A stretch of DNA of 64,000 nt from Deltaproteobacteria bacterium (GCA_032128375.1 JAQBGU010000246.1:37008-101007); one strand, 5' to 3'; counted from the first letter of the stretch, positions 1 to 8,948 are shown. Notes: generated from the sequence alone by a model not told the origin. Made by a program: numbers and translations.

Positions 1-138
1 TATCAGACGGGGAGTTCGCAAGTCGAGAGAATTCGGGCAGTTCCGCTGATTTTCGGCGTTTCCGTCTGCGAAACGCATTGTCCAGGAATTGGAGGATGAG
101 CGACGACTCGACGAGGAGGCAACCGCCGCGCACCAGCG

Positions 139-222
139 TCGGTACTGCCTTCGGTACTGCCTTCGGTACTGCTTTCGATACTCCCTTCGGTACTCCCTTC
201 GGTACTCCCTTCGGTACTACGC
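139..222. repeat. Tandem array, about 7 copies of a 12-bp unit TCGGTACT(G/C)CCT
   Basis: Read directly: units start at 139, 151, 163, 175, 187, 199 and 211, drifting from ...GCCT to ...CCCT. Confidence 0.95.
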
Positions 223-360
223 CACAAACGACATGGCGCTCTGTTGGTGGACTCAGCACCGGACTTCGTCGGAAACCTGAGCAGAGGTAGCAGAGGTAAT
301 GCGGCTCTTCAGTCCGTCTTCCCGTATGCTGGCCGCGGCGCGACTGGAGCGAGGTGCCGA

Positions 361-1653
361 ATGAAGCGATGTACGGCCGCGCAGGCGGCTGCGCTGCTGC
401 GCCCCAGCGACACGATGAACCTGGGGTTCGGTCCAGCCCAACCCGGCCTGCTTCTCGAGGCGATGGGCGAACGTGACGACTGGGAGGACCTCACTGTCTT
501 CGGAGGGATGCTGCTCCAGGTCTATCCGGTTTTCACGAAGTCGGGCGTGCATCTCCTGTCGGGGTTCTTCGGTCCGGCTGAACGCGCGCTGCGCGATGCA
601 GGCCACGACGTGTCCTTTCTGCCCGGCGACTTTCGGCGCTTCAAGCTGTTTTCCGAGCGAATGGCGGCACGTGTGGTGGCGATCACCGCCACACCGCCGA
701 ATTCCGACGGCTGGCTGAGCCTCTCACTCGCCGCGGGCGCGACCGTTGCAGAGACGCTTCGCTGCGGACGAGATCCTGAACGACTGCTGATGGTGGAGAC
801 GAATCCGCGGCTACCGCGGACATCGGGGCTGCCACCCGAGCACCGGCACGCGCTACACGTGGACGATGTCGACATCGTAATCGAGACCGACCGAAAACCG
901 ATGGAGCTCCCCGACCCCGAACCGACTGAGATCGAGCGCGCCATCGCGGACCACGTTCGGGCGTTCATCCCGGATGGCGCGACCCTCCAGACGGGGATAG
1001 GCGGCATCCCAGGTGCGGTCGCCGGCCTGCTCGCTGACGGACCGGGCGGCGACTACGGTGTGCACAGTGAGATGTTCACTACAGGGCTGATGCGGCTGCA
1101 CAAGGCCGGCAAGGTCAGCAACGCGCACAGGGGTGCGCACGACGGGTACTCGGTCACGACGTTTGCGATGGGGACCGGGGAACTCTACGAGTGGTTGCAC
1201 GAACAGCAGGCGGTTCGCTTTCTGCCGGTGGAATACATCAACACACCGATGATCATCGCTGCGAATCGCAATATGCGATGCATCAACGGGGCGCTGATGC
1301 TCGACTTGATCGGCCAGGTCGTCGCAGACTCCATTGACGGGCGCCAGTACTCCGGCATCGGCGGCCACGAGGACTTTACATCTGGCGGTAGCTTCGAGGA
1401 GGACGACCGCTCGCTCATCTGTCTACCCTCGACGGTCGAAGCCGGTGGCGAACGGCACTCGCGAATTCGCGCCAGCTTCGATGCGGGTACGATCGTGACG
1501 ACCCCACGCCACCAACTCGACGTCGTTGTGACGGAGTTCGGTGCCGCCGAGGTTTCTGGCCGGACCGTCAGGAGTAGAGCCCACGCACTCGCCGCGATCG
1601 CGCACCCCGACTTTCGCGACTCCCTTCACGAGGCCGCCGACCGGATCGTTTGA
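361..1653 (+). CDS. Acetyl-CoA hydrolase/transferase family protein (4-hydroxybutyrate CoA-transferase-like)
   Basis: Motifs LQTGIGGIP, GVHSEMFT, SGIGGHEDF, VVTEFGAA and IAHPDFR; start taken at ATG 361 (ORF track extends to 244). Confidence 0.9.
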   Translation: MKRCTAAQAAALLRPSDTMNLGFGPAQPGLLLEAMGERDDWEDLTVFGGMLLQVYPVFTKSGVHLLSGFFGPAERALRDAGHDVSFLPGDFRRFKLFSERMAARVVAITATPPNSDGWLSLSLAAGATVAETLRCGRDPERLLMVETNPRLPRTSGLPPEHRHALHVDDVDIVIETDRKPMELPDPEPTEIERAIADHVRAFIPDGATLQTGIGGIPGAVAGLLADGPGGDYGVHSEMFTTGLMRLHKAGKVSNAHRGAHDGYSVTTFAMGTGELYEWLHEQQAVRFLPVEYINTPMIIAANRNMRCINGALMLDLIGQVVADSIDGRQYSGIGGHEDFTSGGSFEEDDRSLICLPSTVEAGGERHSRIRASFDAGTIVTTPRHQLDVVVTEFGAAEVSGRTVRSRAHALAAIAHPDFRDSLHEAADRIV

Positions 1654-1893
1654 CAGAGTGTTGCCAACAGGCTGTGGGACTTTCGGCCCTGCCGAGGGAT
1701 CTCGCCTGCATTCCGGAATCGGGTATTGAGAAAGAACCGGGTGGCGTGGTCGTCGCCAAGCGGTTCGGTTCTGTGCTCACTACGTCCGAGAAGCTGCGGA
1801 AGACACCCGGTCCAGTGTCCCACACGGACCCGATCGGGGTTACAGTGAAGGCGATCCACTGGCCGCTCATCGATTCCGATCGGGGATAGCTGT

Positions 1894-2271
1894 TTGAACG
1901 CACGAACCAGGACATGGGTCGCCAAAGAGTTCGCTCTGGCCAATGCGCTGCTGGTGCTCTTCGCCACGAGTGGAGACCTCGGACACGCGCTTGCCGGCGG
2001 CTCGTTGCACGGATTCGAAACGACCATCGCAACGGCGAACGGCGGGGCTGACCAAGATTCTCCTGCGCCAGCATCGTCGCATGTGGCGACGGATTGTCCG
2101 CTCTGTCGGTTAGGGCGAACCTCGAGCACAGCGGTAAGCAGTAGGCCGCGATGCTTCACCACAGCCGCCCAAAGATCCTACGCAGTACTCCTTCCCGAAA
2201 CATGGGCGCCCCGTTCACAGCGTCCGCGCGCCGATACAGCGCGCGCCCCGCCTACACGACTCTCCGCCTGA
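1894..2271 (+). CDS. DUF2946/CruR-like leader protein (hydrophobic N-terminus, CxxC, C-terminal RAPP)
   Basis: TTG start after GGGGA at 1882-1886; hydrophobic segment ALANALLVLFA; DCPLC; ends TARAPPTRLSA, 64 nt upstream of a metal-uptake operon. Confidence 0.75.
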   Translation: MNARTRTWVAKEFALANALLVLFATSGDLGHALAGGSLHGFETTIATANGGADQDSPAPASSHVATDCPLCRLGRTSSTAVSSRPRCFTTAAQRSYAVLLPETWAPRSQRPRADTARAPPTRLSA

Positions 2272-2335
2272 TTCGCTGAAATTATCGCAGCGGAAGAAGT
2301 GTCTCGCTGGTTCTCCGGCGAGGCCGGAGGATCGT

Positions 2336-3643
2336 GTGATGAGAAGTGCCCTGGCTATCGGCGCGGCGTTGGCCGTATGCTGCATCGGGTTTGAAGCGGT
2401 GAGCGAAGAGCCTTCGGTGGCCGCGTTGATTGAGACCGTGAGAGCCCTGACCGAGCGCGTCGAGGAAATGGAGCGCTCGCGCACCGAGGACCAGCACCGC
2501 ATTCGGGAGTTGGAACAAAAGGTCGAGACGGTTCGGCACGCGGATGAATCGGATGATTTGTCCATCGTAGACGCTGTGACCGGCGCCCTCGGGCAGGGCA
2601 ACCTGCTCAATCCGGAGATCACAGTCTTCCTGGATATGGGGGGGAGCTTGTCGACCAACGATGACAACGACGCCCGCAATCGTTTCACCCTGCGCGAGGC
2701 GGAGGTGGACTTTCGGGCTGCGGTCACACCGCGCGCAGATGGTGTGCTGGTGCTCGCGATCGGCGAAGAGATCGAGGACCCGTTTGGCGACGTGGATATC
2801 GACTTCGAGTTCGAACTCGAGGAAGGCTACCTGGATGTACACACGTTGCCGTGGGATCTCGCGCTGCGGGCCGGAAAGTTTCGCTCCGCATTTGGCCGAA
2901 ACAATTTGCTTCACACCCATGATCTGCCACAACTGACCCGTCCGTTGGCCGTGCAGGCGTTTCTCGGACCCGAAGGCCTGGCAACAGTCGGAGCTTCGCT
3001 GAACTGGCTCGTTCCAAACCCTTGGGATCAGTACCTGGAACTCACCGCCCAGGTCGTCAACGCCGACGGAGGTGCGGAGTCACCGATCCTCGACGGACCG
3101 GGAGCCGCCAACCCCGCCGTACTGAGCCACTTGAAATTCTTTCGGGACATTGGCGACACCGGCTCGCTCGAACTCGGATCGAGCTTTCTGTACAGCCGGG
3201 CCACGGGCAGCCGTGACGACGGTTATACGCTGGGAGCCGACATCACCTACCTGTGGCGCGCCGCCGCCGCTGCGGATTCTCGAAGCCTACTCGTCCAGGG
3301 CGAGCTGTTCTGGACGAACAGCGATTTCGAAGACAACAACCGTGACAATTACTGGGGCGCCTATGCGTTTGGCCAGTACCAGTTTGCCCAGAACTGGTAC
3401 GCGGGCGTCCGGCTCGATTACACCGAACTACCCAACGTGGACGCGAGACCCAGCAGTGACTCCGAGTGGGGAGTTTCCTCGTATCTCACCTGGTACCTGG
3501 CGGAGTCGCTTCGGCTCCGATTGGAGTATCAGCATTTGGGCGGCGACCTGTTGGGCCAAGCTGACTCCGAAGATGCGCTCCTGCTCGGCATGACGTTCTA
3601 CATCGGCGCGCATCCCGCGCACCCGTATTGGGTGAACCGATGA
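2336..3643 (+). CDS. Outer-membrane beta-barrel protein associated with metal uptake (N-terminal coiled coil, C-terminal GAHPAHPY)
   Basis: Signal peptide, coiled-coil segment, amphipathic strands (ELEEGYL, LRAGKFRSAFGRNNLLHTH, RLRLEYQH), His-containing tail; ATGA overlap with the SBP gene. Confidence 0.75.
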   Translation: MMRSALAIGAALAVCCIGFEAVSEEPSVAALIETVRALTERVEEMERSRTEDQHRIRELEQKVETVRHADESDDLSIVDAVTGALGQGNLLNPEITVFLDMGGSLSTNDDNDARNRFTLREAEVDFRAAVTPRADGVLVLAIGEEIEDPFGDVDIDFEFELEEGYLDVHTLPWDLALRAGKFRSAFGRNNLLHTHDLPQLTRPLAVQAFLGPEGLATVGASLNWLVPNPWDQYLELTAQVVNADGGAESPILDGPGAANPAVLSHLKFFRDIGDTGSLELGSSFLYSRATGSRDDGYTLGADITYLWRAAAAADSRSLLVQGELFWTNSDFEDNNRDNYWGAYAFGQYQFAQNWYAGVRLDYTELPNVDARPSSDSEWGVSSYLTWYLAESLRLRLEYQHLGGDLLGQADSEDALLLGMTFYIGAHPAHPYWVNR

Positions 3644-4620
3644 GTGATGGCATGCGATCTCTCGGCCGGCTGAGAGGGGATTTTGCGACGCTGTTTTTCG
3701 CGGCGCTGGTGCCGATCTCTGCACTCGCTGACGTGCGCGTGGTGACGACGAATCCCACTCTCGCCGACCTGGTTCGTCAGGTCGGGGGCGAGCCAGTACG
3801 CGTCGAGAGCTTGATGCGCGGTCCCGAGAATCCACACAACGTGATCCCGACGCCGAGCCTCGTGATGAAGCTGCGAAAAGCCGATCTCTTCGTGCATCTC
3901 GGACTCGACGCTGAGCCCTGGGTGCCAAATCTGTTGCGCAGCGCGAGACGAGAGCAGCTGCTCCCGGGCGGCAGCGGAAACGTCGACACGTCGACCGGGA
4001 TCGCCTTGCTCGAGGTACCTTCGCAAGGTGAACTGACGCGGGCGTTAGGCGACATCCATGTCTACGGCAACACCCATTACGTACTCGACCCGCTCAATGG
4101 GATCGTGATCGGGCGCACGATCGCGAAAGCGCTCGCACGGGCCGACTCCGAGCATGCGGCATTGTTTGACGAGCGCGCGGGGGAGCTGGAACGAAGCCTG
4201 CGCGTGCTGACCGAGAAGCTCACGCGGGACATGGCGCCGCTCGCCGGATCGAGTGTCGTGACCTATCACCGAACCTGGCCCTATTTTCTGAAGCGGTTCA
4301 ACCTCGAGAAACTCGACGAGGTGGAGCCGAAACCGGGCATCGCTCCTGGGCCACGTCACATCGCTCAGATTGCTGAAGAGATGCAAAAGAACGGCGTCGG
4401 TCTCGTGATCGTCGAGACCTTTAGCGACCAGAGGGCGGCGCAGCGCCTGGCCGAACTTTCCCACGGGCGGAGCGTTTTGCTCGCCCAAGAGGTCAACGCC
4501 GTACCCGGTGTCGACACCTACCAGGCGCTCTTTGAACACAACATCGAAGGATTGCTCACAGCGCACCAGGAGTTGAGTGGAGCGTCAGCGAACCCGCTGG
4601 CCGTCGAGACGACGCGATGA
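3640..4620 (+). CDS. Metal ABC transporter substrate-binding protein (ZnuA/TroA cluster A-I)
   Basis: VVTTNPTLADLVRQVGGE, NPHNV, DIHVYGNTHYVLDP, TYHRTWPYF, EPKPGIAP; ATG overlaps the upstream TGA. Confidence 0.9.
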   Translation: MSDGMRSLGRLRGDFATLFFAALVPISALADVRVVTTNPTLADLVRQVGGEPVRVESLMRGPENPHNVIPTPSLVMKLRKADLFVHLGLDAEPWVPNLLRSARREQLLPGGSGNVDTSTGIALLEVPSQGELTRALGDIHVYGNTHYVLDPLNGIVIGRTIAKALARADSEHAALFDERAGELERSLRVLTEKLTRDMAPLAGSSVVTYHRTWPYFLKRFNLEKLDEVEPKPGIAPGPRHIAQIAEEMQKNGVGLVIVETFSDQRAAQRLAELSHGRSVLLAQEVNAVPGVDTYQALFEHNIEGLLTAHQELSGASANPLAVETTR

Positions 4621-5432
4621 TCGAACTGCTGGCACCCGCACTGGTCGCTTGCCTGCTGTTGGCCTGCATCCTTTCGTACTTCGGGCTCCACGTATTGCTG
4701 AGGGAGGTGATTTTCGTCGATCTCGCGCTGGCGCAGCTTGCGGCGCTCGGTGCGGCCGTGGGGCACTTGCTATCCGCGCACACGGATTCCTTCGCGACCT
4801 ATCTCTGCTCGTTTGCCTTCACGCTCGCAGGTGCCGCAATATTCGCGCTTGCGCGACCCGCCAGGACGCGTCTTCCGCAGGAGGCCGTGATCGGAATCGT
4901 GTACGGCGTGAGTGCGGCACTCGTCATTGTGTTGGTGTCCAAGAGCGCGCTCGACCGGGACGAAGTCGAGAGCATGCTCACCGGTAGGCTGCTGTTTGCA
5001 GAATGGGGCGAGATTGGCACGATGGCGCTCCTGTTCGCAGCCGTCGCGCTTCTCCACTTGGTTCTGCGTGGCCAGTTTATCGAGATCTCAAAACGCAGTC
5101 GCACCCATGCGGCGCCGTCTCGGCGCCGGAAGCTTCTGGATTTCGTCTTTTACGCGAGCTTTGGAGTCGTGGTGACGAGTTCCGTCCAACTATCGGGCGT
5201 GCTGGTCGTCTTCGGTCTGCTGATCGTACCGGCCTCGAGTGCGGCGATCTTTTTTGCCAGCATTTCCAACCGGCTTCTCGCCGGGTGGGCGCTCGGGACG
5301 ATCAGCTGCAGCGCGGGGATCGCGGCGAGCGCATATTGGGATCTTCCGACCGGGGCTGCTGTCGTGAGCGCACTGGGTGTGGTCTTTGCGCTGAGCGTGA
5401 TTGGATCGATCTTTCGACAGCCACAAGACTGA
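4617..5432 (+). CDS. Metal ABC transporter permease (ABC-3/ZnuB family)
   Basis: Multiple TM helices; FGLHVLLREVIFVDLALAQLAALG, EAVIGIVY, GVLVVFGLLIVPA, DLPTGAAVV. Confidence 0.9.
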   Translation: MIELLAPALVACLLLACILSYFGLHVLLREVIFVDLALAQLAALGAAVGHLLSAHTDSFATYLCSFAFTLAGAAIFALARPARTRLPQEAVIGIVYGVSAALVIVLVSKSALDRDEVESMLTGRLLFAEWGEIGTMALLFAAVALLHLVLRGQFIEISKRSRTHAAPSRRRKLLDFVFYASFGVVVTSSVQLSGVLVVFGLLIVPASSAAIFFASISNRLLAGWALGTISCSAGIAASAYWDLPTGAAVVSALGVVFALSVIGSIFRQPQD

Positions 5433-5478
5433 GGGCCTGTTTCGATATCGGTTGGAGTCGACAGATCCCTCGGGCGGG

Positions 5479-5703
5479 CTAGTCCCGCAACAGCATGGCT
5501 TCGATCAATCGCGTATGCGCTTCGACGCTCTGTTCAGTGACCGGATCGAGTCCCGTGAGGTGTTCGCATTCGGAAGCCAACGCGAAGATCGTCGATGCGG
5601 CACCGACGAACGCATGGAAGATGTGTATCGTCCGACTGCGGCCTTCCAGAGCTCTTCTTTGTTGTTGAAATGATGCGTGACGAGGCCCTGGTTGACGCCG
5701 GGG
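5479..5703 (-). pseudogene. TetR/AcrR-family regulator remnant
   Basis: Minus strand reads PGVNQGLVTHHFNNKEELWKAAV (end of the TetR HTH), then in another frame IHIFHAFVGAASTIFALASECEHLTGLDPVTEQSVEAHTRLIEAMLLRD-TAG (TetR C-terminus); N-terminus and middle are missing. Confidence 0.75.
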
Positions 5704-5804
5704 TAATTATTGATCACGATGCTCGAAGTCGAAATTCCGGAATCGCTCGAGTCCGGCCGGCTGTTCTGAGATCCTGCACAAACGGCGCCCATTGGGAGGA
5801 ACAC

Positions 5805-7013
5805 ATGGCTGCACTCCACTCCACGTTCGAATACGCAGCTGGCCCCGATCCCATCCGACCCGATTTGGCCGACGCGTATCGAAGGGCATGGGAACACGTC
5901 GCCGCTCCCGGAACCTGGCTCGAGGCCGCCGAACGCGTTGCCGTCGCCGACGAGACGCGGCGTGCGCTCAGCTGTGCGCTGTGTCGGGAGCGCAAGGCGG
6001 CGCTCTCAGCGTTCGCGATCGACGGCCAGCATGACCATGCCGGAATATTGTCTGCGCCGATCGTCGACGCGATCCATCGCGTCACGACGGACGCCGCGCG
6101 ACTGACCGAGAGCTGGTATCGATCGCTATTGGATCAAGGGCTCACAGCGGAGGCCTACGTTGAAGTCCTCGGCGTTGCGGTTTTGGTGATCAGTGTCGAT
6201 CGCTTCCATCACGCGATGGGCCTCCCACTCGAAGACTTGCCGATCCCACGCCCCGGCGAACCCTCACGCGAGCGTCCCGATGGCATCGTCGAAGGTGAAG
6301 CCTGGGTGCCGATGCTGAATGGAAAGCGAGCGGCGAAGGAGATCGGCTTGCGTGCGCCTTCCGCTCCGTACGTGATCCGGGCGTTGAGTCTCGTGCCGTC
6401 GGAATTGAAGGCCTGGCAGGATCTCAGCGCCGCGCAATATCTCGAGCCCGATCAAATGCTCGATTTCGGTAACGTGAGGAGGATCAGCCGGTCGCAGATC
6501 GAGCTGGTCGCGGGCCGTGTCTCGTTGCTCAATGAGTGCTTTTACTGAACGGCTTCCCATGCGGCGATGCTCCGTGCGAGCATCCAGTACTCAGGCGCCG
6601 ACGCGAATCTGAGCGGCATTGCGGACGGCGCCAAAGCCGGCGACGCGGGCATCGAGCATGGCGAACGATTGACCGCGTTTGCCGATGCGGCGGTCAGACG
6701 CGACGCCGCAGAACTATCCACCGCGCGTGATGCGCTGCGCGCTGCCGCGGGCTCCGAGATCCTGGTGGACGCGGCTGGTGTGATCGGGAACTTCGAACGT
6801 ATGGTGCGGATTGCCGACGGCACTGGGATCCCGCTCGACGGAGTCGTCGATGCGCTGACCAGCGACGTCCGCGGGGAACTCGGCCTCGAAAATTTCGAGA
6901 GTCGCCGCCTGCTGAAAGCAAACCCGGTCGCCGCGTTCTTTCGGCCGGCCCTTCGCGGAGTCTTCAATGCCGGGCTTCGTATCGCGGGCTGGCGCAGTCG
7001 CAAGAGCGGCTGA
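5805..7013 (+). CDS. AhpD/CMD-like alkylhydroperoxidase-related protein, probable selenoprotein (UGA at 6546-6548 read as Sec, CxxU)
   Basis: GGAGGA RBS before ATG 5805; QIELVAGRVSLLNECFY-TGA-TASHAAMLRAS continues in frame into ORF 6567..7013, matching the AhpD E-x9-N-x-C-x-x-C-x3-H pattern; hairpin downstream of the TGA. Confidence 0.8.
6549..6584 (+). promoter_or_regulatory. Candidate bacterial SECIS element
   Basis: Perfect 7-bp stem GATGCTC (6566-6572) / GAGCATC (6578-6584) with loop CGTGC (G at loop position 2); the loop starts 24 nt after the UGA. Confidence 0.6.
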
Positions 7014-7088
7014 GTTCGCGGCAAGCGAAGACCCAGATTTCAGGATGCTGTCTCTGCAGCACCCATAAACCTCAGCGAGGGACCCAGG

Positions 7089-8948
7089 TCAATCGGGTCC
7101 TGTCGCCGAATCCAATGACGCGACGTCAGCAATGGGGTCGTGATCGCGCCCGCCAACGCCGTTGGTCGCTCCTGCGCCAAATGCGGCCGGGTCCAGGCGC
7201 AGCACGCGCGGCACACCGCCTTCGATCTGCCAGGTCGGCGCGTTCGAATTCGAGGTCCAGACGCGGCCGGTCGCATCGAAATCGATTTCACGGGTGTATG
7301 TCACGCGGGTGGGCAACGGGTAGACGGTGAAATTCTCGGCGGCGGGATCGAAGCGAATCAACGAGTCGCTGTTGGTGCCGCAAATCCAGACGCTGTCGTC
7401 ACTGTCGATGTTGAGTGCATACGGGGTTTCGGTCCCAATCGGCTCGATCGGAATCGTCCAGGATTGGAATTCGCGCGTGTCGGGATCGAATCGCGACACC
7501 ACACCCGATGAGAAGCCGGGAATCCACAAGTGACCCTTCGAATCGAAGCGCAAGCGTCGCGGCGCCGTGAATGGGGTGTCGACCATTTCGACGTCGAATG
7601 TGTCCGGGTCGATGCGGCCGATCTTGTGCGCGTTGAGTTGGCTGAACCAGATGTCACCGTTTGGTGCAACGTCGATTCCGTAGGGGACGGGCGAATTCGC
7701 CGCGCCTTCGCCCGCCGCGGCGCTGCTGATGTCGATGTGCCTCGCCAGCCACAGCATCGGGCCGATCAACCGGCTTGCGATTGCCTGGCCGAGGTTCGGT
7801 GCTGGCACCCGAATCCATTGGTGCTCGCCGGATTCCGGGTCGTAGACACCGACGTGATTCGACGCCGCGATCGTGTACCACACGCGCCCGCGCGCATCGA
7901 TCCGCAGCGTGTGGGGGTAGAAGCCTTTCTCGAGCGGATACACCGACCACGTTTCGGCCGTCAGGTCGAAGCGTGCCAGCTGATTGCCGAGCGCGAGTGT
8001 GATCCAGATCGATCCGTCACTTCCCATCTGCAGCGAGTGGGGACCGACATGCGCATTGGAACTCGGCGTGGTGGGTGAGTTCATGCCGCCGAATACGCCT
8101 CCAAGCGGGAGATCGCCGTGTGGAATCAGCCAAGCGCGCCGCGCGCCGCCGGCTACCGTCGGGTCCAGTTCGTAGAGCTTGTCTTGTGTCATGTCGACCG
8201 AGTACACGCGACCGTTTGGGTGCACCGCGAGGTCGTGTTGCATCGATGCGGCACTACCCAGCACCCACTCTTCGACCGAAGCCTGTGTGACGGCCAGTTC
8301 AGGCGCCGGCGAAAAGCTTGGCTCGTTCATGTCAGCCGTCAGCAGCGGCACCGCGGTCTTCGGGTCGTAGGCGGCGTTGAGCAGCGCAGGCAGCTCAGCC
8401 CGCAGCTCGGCAGAAATTCCGGCGCCCATTCGCCCCATCAGCGCCAGCACTTTCTGCCACTCAACGTCTGTGCGCTGCACGCGCGTCGCCCAGCTGCCTT
8501 GCTGATGGCAGTAGGTGCACTGGCGCACGAATTGCTCTCGCTGGGTCTCGTCCTCCATGCGATCGAGTACCAGTCCATACCAGCGGTTGGCCGGAAGTTG
8601 GCCGGCCACTGCGACGGGGTCGGTCTCGCGCGCCAGCACCAGCGCGACTTCGGAACCCTCGGCGACTTCCTGGCGGTCGATCTCTTTCCATCCGATGCGC
8701 CGCGCGCGCACTTGGAACGGGCCGTTCGCAAGCAGCGCTCCGGTTTCGAAGTGTCCGTCCGCAGCTGAATAGACCGTCTTGGTGTACCGGTCGCTCGTCT
8801 CGCCGGCACTGAACGAGACCATTGCGCCCTCGATCGGCGCACCGTTCGGGTCCACGACACTTCCCGAGAACTGCGCCGCGGCGGCGGACAGCGGCGCTGC
8901 GGCCGTTAGAATTGCCGCTGTGATGAGCGACTTGGAGCGTTTGAACAT
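7089..8948 (-). CDS. Exported protein: carboxypeptidase-regulatory-like domain + c-type heme motif (CTYCH) + Vgb-like beta-propeller
   Basis: GGAGGT RBS before ATG 8948; signal peptide; FSGSVVDPNGAPIEGAMVS; CTYCHQ; repeated propeller blades (PHSLQMGSDGSIW, PHTLRIDARGRVW, PYGIDVAPNGDIW, PRRLRFDSKGHLW). Confidence 0.8.
   Translation of the reverse strand: MFKRSKSLITAAILTAAAPLSAAAAQFSGSVVDPNGAPIEGAMVSFSAGETSDRYTKTVYSAADGHFETGALLANGPFQVRARRIGWKEIDRQEVAEGSEVALVLARETDPVAVAGQLPANRWYGLVLDRMEDETQREQFVRQCTYCHQQGSWATRVQRTDVEWQKVLALMGRMGAGISAELRAELPALLNAAYDPKTAVPLLTADMNEPSFSPAPELAVTQASVEEWVLGSAASMQHDLAVHPNGRVYSVDMTQDKLYELDPTVAGGARRAWLIPHGDLPLGGVFGGMNSPTTPSSNAHVGPHSLQMGSDGSIWITLALGNQLARFDLTAETWSVYPLEKGFYPHTLRIDARGRVWYTIAASNHVGVYDPESGEHQWIRVPAPNLGQAIASRLIGPMLWLARHIDISSAAAGEGAANSPVPYGIDVAPNGDIWFSQLNAHKIGRIDPDTFDVEMVDTPFTAPRRLRFDSKGHLWIPGFSSGVVSRFDPDTREFQSWTIPIEPIGTETPYALNIDSDDSVWICGTNSDSLIRFDPAAENFTVYPLPTRVTYTREIDFDATGRVWTSNSNAPTWQIEGGVPRVLRLDPAAFGAGATNGVGGRDHDPIADVASLDSATGPD

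Noticed and set aside
56..76. Hairpin GCGTTTC-N7-GAAACGC as terminator or operator
   Set aside because: No U-tract and the upstream context lies outside the window; cannot assign
3..290. Short ORFs with STEG, GTPF or LRY repeats
   Set aside because: Products of the 12-bp DNA repeat being open in several frames; no suitably spaced RBS or domain
1651..1653. Other TGA stops as Sec candidates (e.g. 1651, 7011, 13687)
   Set aside because: The proteins are complete at those points, with no redox motif or homologous in-frame continuation
1654..1890. Possible cobalamin or metal riboswitch upstream of the metal operon
   Set aside because: No recognisable B12-box or other riboswitch core by eye; an Rfam scan would be needed
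7089..8948. Streptogramin B resistance (vgb) call
   Set aside because: Only the propeller fold is similar; signal peptide, heme motif and extra domain argue against a Vgb lyase
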